From Octopus sinensis (Eukaryota), in the NCBI RefSeq assembly GCF_006345805.1, contig NC_043024.1, positions 4,650,001 through 4,714,000 of the forward strand: 64,000 nt of DNA, in the 5' to 3' direction. A program made the position numbers and the translations under genes. The notes beneath the pieces were generated by a model that searched no databases, had not been told where the DNA came from, and saw only the letters and a list, made by a program, of their open reading frames with translations. Shown in pieces: positions 1 to 13,442 of the stretch; position 1 is the first letter of the stretch, and every line of letters starts with the position of its first letter.

Positions 1-2390
1 TTTTCAAAAATATTTCTCCTCTCACCAAAATATATGGATATTTTGCTTCTTTTTTCTTTTATAGTTTATTCCAAATAAATATCACTTCTCTTATATTTCT
101 TCTAAATGTGATCAATGCCAATATTTAAAAATGTCACAAATACTCTTTGTAAATCCATCAAAGTATATTTAAAAGAGAAAATTATCTCTTGCACATTTCA
201 GACACAGAAGTAAAGAAATGCTTTCTCTCTCTCAGAAGAAATATTTTACTGTAATTCAGCAATGTTTTATAGAAGAAGGATTATACGTTTGTAGAATATC
301 TTTGCAGTGTCTTTCAAACATGATACATATTGATGATTCTTTAAAAGCAAAAAATACTTTTTATCCAATTTCATGTGATTTTCTGAAAGAATAGAAAAAA
401 TAATAAAGACATTAAGTATGTTTAAAAGGCAGATATTCAAAAGTGCAAATTTACGACATTTCTGTTTTCATAAATTGTAGAAGTAATTCTTTATCTGAAC
501 TATTAAATTTATCCCATCTCTCTGTTTTGAAGAAGTTTATATCAGGGTGTAGACACATGTAGTATAATAACATCTATTGGACATTAAGTCTATCATAGAC
601 ACACACCAATATACATGTCAATAACACTAGATATCTGATGCTTTCATCTCAGTCATGTGTCGTAAAGGAGATATCACACCTCCTCTGCCTCTTTCCGTAC
701 ATTTATAAATATATAAATACACACATACAAGCAGCTTAATGTCAATATTCTGTGTTACATGAAACATGAATAAAAGTCAGGAAATAATCAGTATGGATGA
801 CTAACAGCATCAAAATCTTTTGTGGGGAATTTTTCATGTAGGAAAATTTATTGGTTGAGGTGGAGAAGGAAATTGGTGACAACCCTTCTCAATGGGGGCA
901 AATGATGTAGTTTTAACATTAAATTATGCTCGTTATTTTTAAATTCTTACACCTTACAATAAATGTTTCTTTTCCTTTTTACTTCGCAACGAAATATTGT
1001 TTATTGTGGTGAGTGAAAAACACAGAGACGCGTAATCACGGAGGTGTGAGTTCGAGTCTCATAGCCGGCCGCCAACACTTTTCTGCAAAATAGGGGTAGC
1101 TTATCCTGTTCAGGCTATATTATTAGCAATATCCTGCCTTTGAGAATTTAAAATCACTTCTTAAACTTCCTAAGACATCTCAAAGCTTCTAAAGCAAACT
1201 TCGTTTGTTTGTTTCCGTTCATCGTAATTTGAATTTAAATATATATGTATTACGAAGAGAGAAAAGGATAACTTAGGTAATTAATTGAAAATAACATAAA
1301 AACACAGAGTGCAATTCATATATAATGCCTTAAATCCCAACAACGGACCATTGAATGTGTTTATGTGAATAAAGATATTGAAAAACATTAGCACGTAAGA
1401 GTGAGAAAGAAACTCGGAAGGTATCAGGTGGTCGTGGGGTGCGCGATAAATAACAGCTAAACTGCTCTTCAATCGGTTTTTTCCCTTCTTTGTTGGTTTC
1501 ATAACCGTTTGAATCCTTGCATGTACAGCAGAAATACGCAGAAATTTTCTGAAAATTTCCCCAAAATAAAAATATGTGATAAGCGGTTATATTGGGTGCT
1601 TAAAGAAAGATTCCTTTGAAAAATAGATATTAATTGTAAGTTGTAATGATGGAGAAGAACCTTCGGAAATAAAGACTTCCTAGGTTTTAAATAAAATCCG
1701 TTCCATTTCTTGTATATACAAAATTTACTTTTCGTTTCAGTATTTCAAGTGCACACTCGTATTTTTATACATTCCGTATGTCTTAGAAATTACATCGTAA
1801 TTTTCCCGCGGAATTTACGTGTGAGGAAGAAAGAGAAAAGTTATCTACACAAGGTATCCATCTGACGTTAACAAATAATATAGGAAATAAGGAAAGATGC
1901 AATGAAATATCTGAATGTAAAGGAGAACACAACGAAAGTATTGAAAGAACAGCCTCACCGAAGTTGAAAAAGTGGGTTTCCATCGCAAAAAAATTAGGGA
2001 AAGGTAGGTGCGGTCCATGCCCTTTACCTCCGCTATTTCGTCTTTGTTTAGTGAGATTCTTTCTTGTAACTTACTCAACACATCGAAACAAACAGACGTA
2101 CGTAATATGATACATATACAATAGAAATATACTTACATAGTAATATATATTCAGAGAGAGTCAACGATGAAAATATGAGAATATGTTGAATGAGTGAAAA
2201 GTTAGAGTGGACAGTGACAGCTTCAAGAGAATTTTTACGACGAATATTAATATTTAACAGGTCAACATAATTAAAAAAATGCTGCATCTGTTTCTTTAGA
2301 CACTTAATTACCAATCATGTGTCTATTTAATTAGATTTTCTCTTAAATATCAGTTGTAAAGTGGAATTGAGCAAGCAATACACATGCATT
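1..2390 (-). other. 5' non-coding part (5'UTR, type II intron 383-2136, first exon) of a ZNF gene whose coding exon lies left of the window
   Basis: Homologous to 30790-33200 upstream of ZNF-C. Minus-strand acceptor TTCTTTCAG ends at 383 and donor GTAAGT is at 2136. The promoter motif is deleted near 2384. Confidence 0.7.
1005..1073 (+). repeat. degenerate tRNA-like / SINE-head remnant with intact T-arm and B-box
   Basis: GTGAG-TTCGAGT-CTCAT forms a T-arm at 1046-1062, followed by AGCCGGCCGCCA. The D and acceptor arms cannot be folded. Paralogs occur at ~31790, ~54340, ~58900 and ~63820. Confidence 0.55.
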
Positions 2391-2401
2391 GTCTTTCTAC
2401 T

Positions 2402-2777
2402 CTAGCGGTGTCATATGAAATTGTCACCCATAATTATGACCCTAGTATCGATCTATTGCATTTCAATCTGTTTTAGGGTTAGGGTTGGGGGGAAGGATAA
2501 TCTTTTTTTCTTCACAAATGTAAATAAACCCAATCTGTTTCTTAAACGAGGGACATATTCATACGGCACAGGAATTATTTTCTTGCCTCAATGGACGTCA
2601 TTGATTGGTTGAAATTCCAGAAAAAACAACAAATATCTTACAAACCATAGAATTTTCTCAATAGAGCCAAGAGGGAAAGATGTTTTATAAACACATTCTA
2701 CCAGTATACGAAGTTGAAAATTTTTCAGTTACCTAGAAATTATGTTAAAAAAACTGCCGTTCAAACCGAAAAGATCC
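2402..2777. mobile_element. one-ended copy of the GGATCTTTTCGG-TIR MITE
   Basis: Matches the full MITE at 25540-25950 and 39741-40151. Only one TIR (CTGCCGTTCAAACCGAAAAGATCC) is retained. Confidence 0.75.
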
Positions 2778-3937
2778 TATATGTGTTAAAAAATCTCATC
2801 ACGCAATCGAACCAATGAGAGAGCCTCTGCCTGGTCGCTCGATATGCTAAAAATAGCAGCCAAAGTATACCCCTATCTAAATCACATGCCCATTGTACGT
2901 AATGTCCTAGATTATCCCTCAAAAGACAGTTTGCTGAAGGCTGGAATGTCTTTGATGATACGTTTGCTGTATCAGGTTTGATTTGAGGCTAAATAACATT
3001 ATGGTAAATTTCTATATTAACTCCCGCATGATTTTCACTAAGAAAAAACTAAAAAAATGTTAGATTTTTGCGTGGAATCAACTACCCTGACCTCATGATA
3101 TGCTACAAAACCCTTTTATGGGTCCAAAAGACGGGGTGGGGTGAGGTGGAAGCCATTTTTTTTTACCTTAGAAAAAAACACATTAGGACAATGGAGAAGA
3201 GTTTGATATTATTTATTCAGCATTACATGTGTTTCATTTCCTAATAGGAATTTCAAACATTTACACGTAGAGAAAAAGTGTAAAGGATTTCCTTTAAGAA
3301 AATCTTTGAACAAACATGTGTGTGTGTATGTGTCTGTGTGTGTACCCTTGTCCAGATATTATGTGATGTTCGTAAAGGGCCATCATACTTGTGCAGTTGT
3401 TCACTTCCAGTCCTCTGCGTAAAATATTTCCTTGCTTGGAAACAGGTGAGGATTGGTCATGAGAAAGGTACCCAGATGTAGAAAATCTCCATCAATGAAT
3501 TCCATCTGATCCACAGAAGCATGAATAGGAGAATATTAAATGATGAGGATCATCATCATCGTGGTTCCTCTACTGTATCAATGCATTTACATTTCAATAA
3601 TTGATCCATTTTCATAGAATGATTTAGCACAAATAGCTTAGGTTACAGTTATATCTTTCATATTAATAGGACTGTGTACAAACAATTCACCATTTTGAAA
3701 GAATGATTGAGGTTTAACATCACAGTGATATGTTTTCCTTCCTCTGTCAATGCTCTTTTGATTAAAAAATGGATGATTTCATGTCAAAGATTTACTATAG
3801 ATGTCACATTCATATAGTTTCTCTATTCTGTGGATGTCTTTATGAGATACGTCCTTTGTCCTTCTGAAGAAATGTTATACAACAAATATCACTGTGTTAT
3901 GGACCCACTTCATAAGGAAAGACTTCTCTTTAAATCA

Positions 3938-4147
<210 letters not shown>

Positions 4148-4156
4148 TTATGGTTC

Positions 4157-5974
4157 CTACCCCGTATGAATACGCTTGTGTTTAGTTAAGCTACTGTGTT
4201 GAGAGAAAGATTTACCACAGATATCACAGTGATAAGGTTTCTCCCCTGTATGAATACGTTTGTGCTGAGTTAAGCTATTGCCAGCAGAGAGTGATTTACC
4301 ACAGGGATAAGGTTTGTCCCCTCCATGAACCCGTTTGTGTTTCGTTAAGCTACTTTGAACAGAGAATGATTTACCACAGATACTACAGTCATATGGTTTC
4401 TCCCCTGTATGAATACGTATGTGCGTAGTTAGGGTAGTGTTTTGAGAAAATGATATACCACAGATATCACAGTGATATGGTTTCTCGCCTGTATGAACAC
4501 GTATATGTCGAGTTAAGTGACTGTCAACAGAGAATGATTTACCACAGATATCACAGTGATATGGTTCCTCCCCTGAATGAATACGTTTGTGCTTCGTTAA
4601 GCTACTTCCATCAGAGAAAGATTTACCACAGATATCACAGCAATATGGTTTCTCTCCAGTATGAATACGTTTGTGTTTCGTTAAGCTACCGCCAACAGAG
4701 AATGATTTACCACAGATATCACAGTAATATGGTTTGTCCCCTGTATGAATACGTTTGTGGTCTGTCAAGTGACTACTATCAGAGAATGATTTACCACAGA
4801 TATCACAGGTATATGGTTTCTCTCCTGTATGGATACGTTTGTGTTGAGTGAAGCCACCGCTATGAGAGAATGATTTACCACAGATATCACAGTGATATGG
4901 TTTCTCTCCTGTATGGATACGTATGTGCTTCGTTAAGCTACTTCCATCAGAGAAAGATTTACCACAGATATCACAGTGGTATTGTTTCTCTCCAGTATGA
5001 ATACGTTTGTGTTTCGTTAAGCTACCGCCAACAGAGAATGATTTACCACAGATATCACAGTGATATGGTTTCTCCCCTGTATGAATACGTTTGTGTTTAG
5101 CTAAGCTACTGTTCTCAGAGAATGATTTACCACAGATATCACAAGAATATGGTTTCTCCCCTGTATGAATATTTTTGTGTTGAGTTAAGACACTGTTCTG
5201 AGAGAATGATTTACCACAGATATCACAGGTATATGGTTTGTCTCCTGTATGAATACGTTTGTGTTTCGTTACGTTGCCATCAGAGAATGATTTACCACAG
5301 ATATCACAAGAATATAGTTTCTCTCCTGTATGGATATGTGTGTGTTTAGTTAAGTGACAGCCAGTAGTGAATGATTTACCACAGATATCACAGTGATATG
5401 GTTTCTCTCCTGTATGGATACGTGTGTGTTTAGTTAAGTGACTGCTAGTAGAGAATGATTTACCACAGATATCACAGTGATATGGTTTTTCGCCTGTATG
5501 AATACGATTGTGCTTAGTTAAGCTGCTGCTTTGAGAGAAAGATTTACTACAGATATAACAGTGATATGGTTTCTCCCCTGTATGAATGTGTTTGTGAGTT
5601 GTCAAGGTACTTCCTGAAGTGAAGGATTTACCACAGATATCACAATGATAAGGTTTCTCTCCTGTATGAACCCGTTTGTGTCGAGTTAAGTGACTGCCAT
5701 TAGAGAACGATTTACCACAGATATCACAGGTATATGGTTTCTCTCCTGTATGAACCCGTTTGTGTCGAGTTAAGTGACTGCCATTAGAGAATGATTTACC
5801 ACAGATATCACAGGTATATGGTTTCTCCCCTGTATGAATACGCTTGTGTCTAGTCAAGTTACCACTTTGATAGAATGATTTACCACAGATATCACAGTGA
5901 TATGGTGCTTCCCCTGCATGAATTTCTTGGTGTTTACTGGATTTACGTTTTTCTAAAAATGACATTTTGTACAT
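4157..5974 (-). CDS. C2H2 zinc-finger protein ZNF-A, 605 aa, 20 intact fingers plus 1 finger with a deletion
   Basis: Tandem CxxC-x12-Hx3H units with TGEKPY linkers. Finger 8 is one residue short and finger 20 lacks DIC. The ORF ends HTG* (GAG>TAG). No KRAB-like or other effector domain is seen. Confidence 0.95.
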   Translation of the reverse strand: MYKMSFLEKRKSSKHQEIHAGEAPYHCDICGKSFYQSGNLTRHKRIHTGEKPYTCDICGKSFSNGSHLTRHKRVHTGEKPYTCDICGKSFSNGSHLTRHKRVHTGEKPYHCDICGKSFTSGSTLTTHKHIHTGEKPYHCYICSKSFSQSSSLTKHNRIHTGEKPYHCDICGKSFSTSSHLTKHTRIHTGEKPYHCDICGKSFTTGCHLTKHTHIHTGEKLYSCDICGKSFSDGNVTKHKRIHTGDKPYTCDICGKSFSQNSVLTQHKNIHTGEKPYSCDICGKSFSENSSLAKHKRIHTGEKPYHCDICGKSFSVGGSLTKHKRIHTGEKQYHCDICGKSFSDGSSLTKHIRIHTGEKPYHCDICGKSFSHSGGFTQHKRIHTGEKPYTCDICGKSFSDSSHLTDHKRIHTGDKPYYCDICGKSFSVGGSLTKHKRIHTGEKPYCCDICGKSFSDGSSLTKHKRIHSGEEPYHCDICGKSFSVDSHLTRHIRVHTGEKPYHCDICGISFSQNTTLTTHIRIHTGEKPYDCSICGKSFSVQSSLTKHKRVHGGDKPYPCGKSLSAGNSLTQHKRIHTGEKPYHCDICGKSFSQHSSLTKHKRIHTG

Positions 5975-6747
5975 GCCACAGTCATATGATGATGTTCCGT
6001 ATTCCTCCGATATTTCTTCAAGAACAAATAAAATCGAACCTTCAAGTTGTACAGATCAACAACTTTTTAATAATATTTCTTCTCTCACCAAAATTTATGG
6101 ATATTTTTCTTCTTTTTGTTTTTATAGTTTATTCCAAACTAATAAAGAAATATATATTTCTTCTAAATGTGATCAATGCCAATATTTAAAAATGCCGCAA
6201 ATATTCTTTGTAAATCTATCAAAGTATATTTAAAAGAGAAAATTATCTCTTGCACATTTCAAACACAGAAGTAAAGAAATGCTTTCTCTCTCAGAGGAAA
6301 TATTTTACTGTAAGCGATGTTTTCTAGAAGCAGGATTATACGTTTGTAGAATATCTTTGCAGAGTCTTTCAAACATGATACATATTGATAATTCTTTAAA
6401 AGTAAAAATTACTTTTTAGCCAATTTCATGTGATTTTCTGAAAGAATACGAAAATAATACAAGATATCAAGTATGTTTAAAAGGCAGATATTCAAAAGTG
6501 CAAATTTACGACATTTCTTGTTTCAAAAATTTTAGATGTAATTCTTTATCTGAACTATGAAATTTATCCCATTTCTGCATTACCAAAATGTTTATATCAT
6601 AGAGTAGACACATCTATTATAATACCAACTCCTGGAATATAAAGTCTGTCATAGACACACTTCCACACACCAATATACATATAAATGACACTAGATTTCT
6701 GATGTTTTCATTGCAGTCTTGTATCTTTGTTTGCTAAAACAGACATC

Positions 6748-7075
6748 GCTCTTTCTGTACCTTCATCATCATCGTTTAACATCTGCTTTCCACGCTGGCA
6801 TGGTTTGTGAGGTTTGACTGAGGACTGGCAAGCCATGAGGCTGAACAAGGTTTCAATCTTATCAGGCAAGATTTCTACAGCTGGATGCTGTTTTAGCGTG
6901 TAGCGGTTGCCTTTTATGTGCCACGGAGCCAGTCAGGTAGCATTGGCATCGACCATGCTTGAATGGTACTATGTATGTGCCACCGGCATGGGTGCAAGTC
7001 AGGCAGCACTAGCATCAATCATGCTCGAATGGTACTTTTTACATGCAACCTACATGGGAGCCATATATACAAAGA
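6748..7075 (-). mobile_element. old RTE-LINE 3'UTR fragment
   Basis: Reverse complement of ...GCGTGGAAAGCAGATGTTAAACGATGATGATG, similar to the 3' end of the RTE at 46750-46825. Paralogs at ~21545-21855, ~33950-34255 and ~43880-44175. Confidence 0.65.
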
Positions 7076-7269
7076 CATATATACATATATATATATATAT
7101 ACGGTTAGCTGAACGTTAATATTTTGTTGAGCATAAAAGATGAATAAATGTCAGTAAATAATATTGATGTCTCACTAACATCATCAAAATCCTTAGTGGG
7201 GTAATTTTAATGTAGGAAAAATTATTGGTTGATGTGGAGAATGAAAGCCAGATTCCTCCAAAGAGTTTG

Positions 7270-7420
7270 GGGCGTCCTGAAGAAGGCAATGTGCTGTTGA
7301 AATGGCTGCCACGTTCACCTGAGCTGACACCTTGCCATTTCTTTCTCAGGGAGGGCCTAGTCTATGTCTCCCCTCTTCCTGCAAGCCCAGAGGAACTTAA
7401 GCAGAGAATTATTACCATAC
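7270..7420 (+). mobile_element. Tc1/mariner transposase fossil
   Basis: Translates to WLPRSPELTPCHFFL...VYVSPLPASPEELKQRI, resembling the WPxRSPDLTPxDFFLWG...ELKQRI transposase C-terminal motif. Confidence 0.7.
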
Positions 7421-8374
7421 TGGTCGTGAGATGTGCGAAAAATAACAGCTAAATAGCTCATAAATCACAGTTGATTTTTTTCTTTTTTTGGTTGCATGAC
7501 CGAACGAATTCTCGTACGCAAAAATTTCTGAAAATTCCCCCAAATAAAAATATGTGACGAGGGATTATATTAGGTGCTTAAAGCAGCACTCCACACACAC
7601 ACACAAAATTAAATAAATTAGAAAAACATATTAATTCTAACATTTAATGATGCAGAAGAACCACCAGAAATAAAGACTTCCTACGTCTCAAATAAAAGCC
7701 ATTTCCTCTCGATACGATATTTGCTTTTCGTTTCAGTATTTCAAGTGCACACTCGTATTTTTATAAAATCCCCATTTCTTACTAATTACATCGTAATTTT
7801 CCCATATTTAACGAAATTGTCGAATTTACACGTTAGAAAGAAAGATAAATGTTATCTAAACAAGGGATTGATCCGACGTTTTTACAAATAATTTAGAAAA
7901 TAACCAAAAGTGCAATGAAATGTCTAAAAGAAAACGACAACACAATGAAAGTATTAAAATGACAGCCTTTCGTATAATTTCGTCTTAGTGAGATTTTTTT
8001 TCCTTTTAACTTTCTCAACACATCGAAACAAATAAATGTACATAATACGACACATATATAATAGAAATGTTTAAATAAATACTTACATAGTAATAGATAT
8101 GGAGAGAAAGAGTGAAGGAGGAAGATGTGAGAACTGGAGTCAGAGTGGACAACGACAGCTTCAAGAGAATTTCTAGGTTTCTACAACAAACGTTAATTAA
8201 TATTTTTCAGGTCCACATAATCGTAAATGCTGTATCTGTTTGTTTAGACAGTTAATTACCAATCATTTGTATATATTTGATTGGGTTTTCTCTTAAATAT
8301 CAGTTTGAAAGTGAAAGTGATCAAACAATCAAGGTGCGTGAGGAACAAGAAATACACTTAATTAGGAAGACTCA

Positions 8375-8391
8375 ACAAGGGGAACTAACTC
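8375..8391 (-). promoter_or_regulatory. putative ZNF core-promoter motif GAGTTAGTTCCCCTTGT, the 3' target-site copy of LINE 1
   Basis: Lies at the 5' end of the predicted first exon of ZNF-A and directly abuts the LINE 3' end. The promoter function is inferred. Confidence 0.55.
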
Positions 8392-8649
8392 CATATTTCT
8401 TTATTATGATTATACAATCGTTACATAGAAGGACAAATACAGGACATACATGCAAAAAACAGTTAAGAGGTTCGATTAAAAATTTTCCATAACATTTGGA
8501 TTATTCATTATAAAAATTCGTCTGTAAATTGTCCTTTACATGACCAATAGAATATTATAACATTACATAAACTTTCGATCTTACCGAAGTTTTAAACCCC
8601 GGCAATTTATAAGGCCCCGCAGCTTTTGTTTCCTCTCCTCCCTCCATAG

Positions 8650-11600
8650 TTAAGCTGGGTTTCTGACACCCACCTTTTTTTCCACTTCCTTCCATCTTTT
8701 CTCATACACACCCCGTGGTAAGATCCTCTTTTCCAGCCCCATTTTGCTCTTCAGATGATATCTGAAGTAAGTGAGCAAGCCGGGGCCCGAGACAAAGGAT
8801 CCTATCGCGACTCCTTCCATTCTTGTACGCCACATGCATTCTTTTGCTACTGCAACCGTGCAGTAAAAACATGCCTCACCTTCCTTCGAGAGTCCAGTTG
8901 GCGGTATCATCTTAATCATAGACTCAGCCGACAGCTGTACTCGTCCCAGATGCGATAACACGTGTTCTGCGTAACTTATCAAGTCGGACAACTTCCGACA
9001 GTGTATAAAAGCGTGCTGGACGGTTTCATCGTCCAACTCGCACCTTGGACACGTCGGTGGCACTGAAATTCCGTGCCGCGATAACTTCTCGCGAACAGGT
9101 AAAGCATTCCTATAGCACTGCCAGGCCAGGGATCTTTGGAAATTATCCAAATACCCCGTCCTGAAAGTCTTTTTAAACAGGTTGGTAAGCTGGTCTTCGT
9201 CAAACCCCAGAGCCCCTCCTAGGACGTCGTCGTTCTTTGCCTCTACCAGCCTTCTATAAAATACCGAGGTGGTATTTCCGCAGCCGGCCTTGCCCGCCTT
9301 GTGGATCAGCGTGAGTGCCTGTCGGCACTCCTTTTGCCATAAAGTCAGTTTCCATCTTTTGATGCGACCGGGTTTAAAATTCACTAAGGAGGCCGGTCTC
9401 GGGAAAAATTCCCCTGCCAGCGGACTCCACACCTTATCACCCTCCAGGTGGTGCCAGAGATGCTTCAGCCTCAACGCATGTCTGCGCATCATCAATCAAG
9501 GCATTCCTAACCCACCCTTTAACGGTTCGTGGCAGCAAACGGAGCGCCTCACAAGTGGCTTTCCTCCCTTCCACAAAAAGCGGAAAAGGATTCGCTCCAA
9601 CTTGCTAAGCCATGAATCGGGGCAAGGGACAACGGTCAGGCGGTAAGTGATTACAGATGCAATGAACATCTGTACCACCTCCGCCCTTCCTTTCAAGGAC
9701 AGAAACCTTCAGGACCAGGTCCGTACTATGGCCTCCACCTTGCTCGTCACCTCACTCCAGTTCCTCTCCGTTTGGGAGTCTGGCCCAAACCAAACTCCTA
9801 GCAACTTAACAGGGCCATCCGTCCAGTGTCCCACGACACTGGACGATATCGACTTACTCCTCCAGGTGCCGAGGCGCAAGCCAACCGACTTCTCCTTGTT
9901 AACCTTTGCTCCTGCCACCGCCTCGTATCCTCTGATAGCCTCTTCCACTCAAGGTAGCTGGGCCTCATTGGACACGGTGAGGGTGACGTCATCCGCATAA
10001 GCAGTAACCGTCCTCCCACCTCCGATCTCATCCGAGTTACTTCCCAGCCTCTCCAACTTTCGCAGCAATGGCTCAAGAGCCAACACGTACAAAAGTGGTG
10101 ACAAGGGGCACCCTTGACGAACTGAACATTCGATCGAAAACGGTTCCGTTATGTAACCGTTTATCTGGACGGTGGACTTGATGCCGCTATACATAGCGGA
10201 GATCCACCCGCGAAATTCAGGGCCCAGTCCAGCCGCTTCGAAGACCGTCGCCAGGTACTCATGGTCTACCCTATCGAACGCTTTACTTTGGTCTAAATGG
10301 ACCATTACCCCGCCCTTGCCGGTTAATTTACCCACCCTATCTAAGGTGTAGCGTATAAGGTGAAGATTGTCCTGGATCGACCTGCCTGGAATTGCACATG
10401 TCTGTGCTCTCCCTACAAGTTTCTCCACGACAACCGTCAACCTTTTTGCCAACACCTTGGCCAAAATCTTTAACTCTACATTAAGTAGAGTTATGGGCCT
10501 GTAGTTACTAATGTTATCCCCCTTGCTCGGGTCTTTCTGGATTAGCGTCACCACTCCCCGGCTTACAGAACTGGGAATTCTCCCATTCTGCTGCCAGTTC
10601 GTGTAGACGCCTGCCAATATTCCCCCGAACAAGTCCGGCATACTTTGGTAAAACTCGTAGGGCAGACCATCCAACCCCGGCACATCCGGCCAGTATCCCC
10701 TCTATCTTCGCGGGAGTGATCGCTTCTTCACAGCACTCCACCTTACGCCCCGAGAGCCGCGGTCCGCCGGCTAGGAAGTCCTTTAAGGCCCTCGCCCGCT
10801 CCGGCACCACACCACCCCCGAACACGCGGGCGAAATGCTGGTGAAGAAACTTTTGCATCTCCTCCTGTCCATAGATCTTTTGTCCCTGTTCGTCAGTTAA
10901 AGACTTGATTGAGGCTTTGTTACCTCTCTGACTCTCCACTCGACGGGCCCATCCGGCAACGTTAATACCTTCTCGTTTCCCAGCGCGTAGCTTAGCTCTG
11001 ACTCTGCAACCTTCGTGTTTGGAGTTAAGGTGACGGTACAGTACCGTCCTTGCTGCCATCACTCCGGATGCAGAGCCAGCTTCCATTGCCTCGTTTAGAT
11101 TCTTAACTAAATCGTCCTCTATCCTATTCCTATCTAACCTTAGCTGATTGCTAATTCTAATGGACTTTGAACGGATGGCTCTTTTGAGGGAGTGCCACCA
11201 TCTACTGTTAATGATGGTGCCACACAATGCCCTCTGTACTAACACCTTAATCCGGGCACGGAAGTCTTCACAATTCAAAATAGCCTTGTTCAGCTTCCAG
11301 TACCCGGGTCCCTGTCTATGACACTTATCTAATTGCATCCTACACGTCACAAATTTGTGATCCGTGTAAGGCACAATGTGAAACTGTGGACAACTAAACG
11401 TATCCTTATCTCTTTTCTTAACGAATATCCTATTTAAATACGATCTGTGTGAGCCGTCGTTGTTACTCCACGTCCACTGTGGAACGCTCGGCTCATCCAG
11501 TCGGTAACGGTCCACTAGATCAAAGCTCTCTAGTAGACCCTTGAGGCTAGGGTCCCCCTTCCTATTGGTTGAGCCAACACTGTCGACCCGCGCTTCAAGG

Positions 11601-12025
11601 ACAGTGTTAAAGTCCCCTACTAAGACTACCGTTTTCGACGTCGCTAAAAAGGGCTCCAGGTTCCGAAAAAAACCCGTCTGCCTACACTCATTCGGAGCGT
11701 AGACAGCTACCAACCTGAAGGACTGTTACCTTACGTGGGTCACATCCAGAACAACCAGCCTGGCTTCTGGGTTCAGAAAGACAGTACTTACCTGCAAGTC
11801 CAAGCTCTTCCTGATAAGGACTGCCACGCCTCTGCCTCTTCCTCGGCTAGGAGAAATAAATTTCTGGAACCCATTTAGAAGAGGCGAGAACGCTTGGGCC
11901 TCGTTCATCTTGGACTCGGTTGCAATAGCTATGTCCACTCCATGTGTCGTGAGGTCGTTCAGGAAACAAATTTGTTTCCATTTCGACCCCATTCCACGTA
12001 CATTCACACAACCCAGCTTAGCCAT
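8650..12025 (-). pseudogene. LINE ORF2 (endonuclease / reverse transcriptase / zf-RVT), disrupted
   Basis: Motifs LGCVNVRG, VVLVGDFN, YTDHKFV, PGLDGLP, NYRPITLLN, DQSKAFDRV, RQGCPLSP, YADD and CPRC-x7-HAFIHC. In-frame stops near 11727, 9950, 9710 and 9497, and a frameshift near 10685. Confidence 0.92.
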
Positions 12026-12079
12026 TGTCGGTGAGAGAAAAAATAAATGAACTTACGGTTGAGAAAGGGGCATGACAGT

Positions 12080-13189
12080 TTAAATCTGCCCTCTTCCCCT
12101 TCTTCCTCCTTGTGGTCGTAGCTGCAGGGCTCTTAACTTTTTCAAATCTTGTTTTATGGGGAGGGGTTTGGCGAACTGTTTTCCAATGAATACAGTGCCG
12201 TGGGGGTAGGGCTGGGGAATTTGCTTTGTATGTATGTCTGCAGTGCTTGCTGATTTTTTCCTTGTTTGGGGAGGGGAGTCCAGGGTGTTATCTTTTTTTC
12301 TTTTGTGTGTCACCTGTGTGTAATCCATTTGTTCAATACAATCCTCCGTTTCGGTTTCTTTGCTTGTCGTCGTCTTGGGTTCTTTTTCCGCCTTCTCCCC
12401 TTCAGTGTTTGAAGCACTTTGGGGGGGAGCTTCGTTGGTTTTCTTTTTTTTTAAACAGTTCGAGCGGACGTGACCCTTTTCACCACATTTAAAGCACCTA
12501 GGTCTGCGCCCCTCCACTGACACTCTCATGGACGTTCCATCCTCATTAAATACCCTATCGGGCAGGTTCTCCAATATCTTGTTTTCTGCCTGAACGAGGA
12601 GTTCCAGCGTCTGTCCCTTCCAGCGTACCTCCTCTTTCCTTCTCATCTGCAGAATCGAAACTTCCCGCTCTACATTGTGCAGGACCGCCGCTGCTACCCA
12701 CATTATGTCATATCCTCTACCAGCAGTTTAGCTGTTCTTTTCCCCATATAGCAACATGATATCATTATTTTTCAGGGTCATTGATGACACCTCTCTTGCT
12801 ACCTCAGCCGAGTCAAAATGTGCTTCAACGGTAGCGCTGCGAGCACCTCGAACAACATGGCTAATTTTGTCCCACACCGGGGACAAGCACTTTTCTACTA
12901 TCCCGTTTTTGACATCCATGATTTTTTTTTCTTTGTAGCTATAAACTTTGTATATAACTGTCTTTTCCTTTATTTCCTGTACCTTCGCTTGCGGCGGTAC
13001 CAGTTTAATTTCATTGCCTTCCATTTTTACTAAGTTCCGAAATTCGAATAACTGTTCAATCTTAAATTCTACATCCGTTATGGTTCCGCCCACTGCGGCC
13101 GAAAAAGACTGTTTTTTGACTTCGGTATCCTTTGGTTCACCTTTTCCCATCACGGGAAAGTCACTCTTCGACGCCAAGTCGAAATCCAT
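12080..13189 (-). pseudogene. LINE ORF1 (gag-like, zinc knuckle), disrupted
   Basis: Contains the CFKCGEKGHVRSNC knuckle. Small deletions near 12710-12750 relative to copy 2 break the frame. Confidence 0.85.
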
Positions 13190-13425
13190 TTCTCAAAAAA
13201 TGTTTCAAAAATATTACCTCGAAGGTAATGACAATGATTAAACACAGAATTTTCTGCCCCGTAGGGCGAAAATTACTGTTACACAACGGACAACAGTTCA
13301 ATTCACGAGTAACAATTCACAAACAACGAAGAACAAAAATCGAACTCACTCAACAAAAGGCAGCAAAATTCTCAAAACGCAGATGAAAGAGGTGTACCGA
13401 GACAATGAGGAAGAATTAACTCTGA

Positions 13426-13442
13426 ACAAGGGGAACTAAGTC
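13426..13442 (-). promoter_or_regulatory. type II version of the motif (GACTTAGTTCCCCTTGT) at the LINE 1 5' flank
   Basis: The flank 13408-13460 matches the empty type II sites at 57530-57575 and 62453-62498. Confidence 0.6.

Larger units (their letters stand above)
6438..8086 (-). other. predicted type I 5'UTR intron of ZNF-A
   Basis: Donor AT|GTAAGT at 8086 and pyrimidine-rich TTCTTTCAG acceptor at 6438. Both sites are conserved in the paralogous units. Confidence 0.6.
8392..13407 (-). mobile_element. full-length but inactivated Tx1/L1-clade non-LTR retrotransposon, copy 1
   Basis: Contains ORF1 with a CCHC knuckle and ORF2 with APE endonuclease, RT (YADD) and C-terminal zf-RVT. AATAAA lies near the 3' end with no poly(A). 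Flanked on both sides by the ACAAGGGGAACTAA(C/G)TC motif. Confidence 0.92.

Noticed and set aside
2471-2492. TTAGGGTTAGGG telomere-like repeats (also TTTAGG at ~25007-25019)
   Set aside because: Only 2-3 units, internal to MITEs; not an interstitial telomere.
1281-2612. Recurrent short ORFs (MKPTKKGK.., MLSKLQER.., MVIKCLKK.., MKLSPIIM..) seen 3-5 times
   Set aside because: Recurrence follows segmental duplication of introns and MITEs. Indels and stops differ between copies, and there is no domain signal.
4157-5974. Regular 84-bp repeats with variable inner segments resembling a CRISPR array
   Set aside because: The unit is the 28-codon C2H2 finger, the DNA is eukaryotic, and no cas genes are present.
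4450-6189. Antisense ORFs with MIYHRYHS repeats over the ZNF arrays (also 35757-36008, 55311-55550, 59750-60211)
   Set aside because: They are shadow frames of the 84-bp finger repeat, with no independent evidence of coding.
8650-12025. Active LINE with breaks due only to sequencing error or programmed frameshifting
   Set aside because: Four breaks are in-frame nonsense codons and one frameshift is shared by both copies, which indicates real decay.
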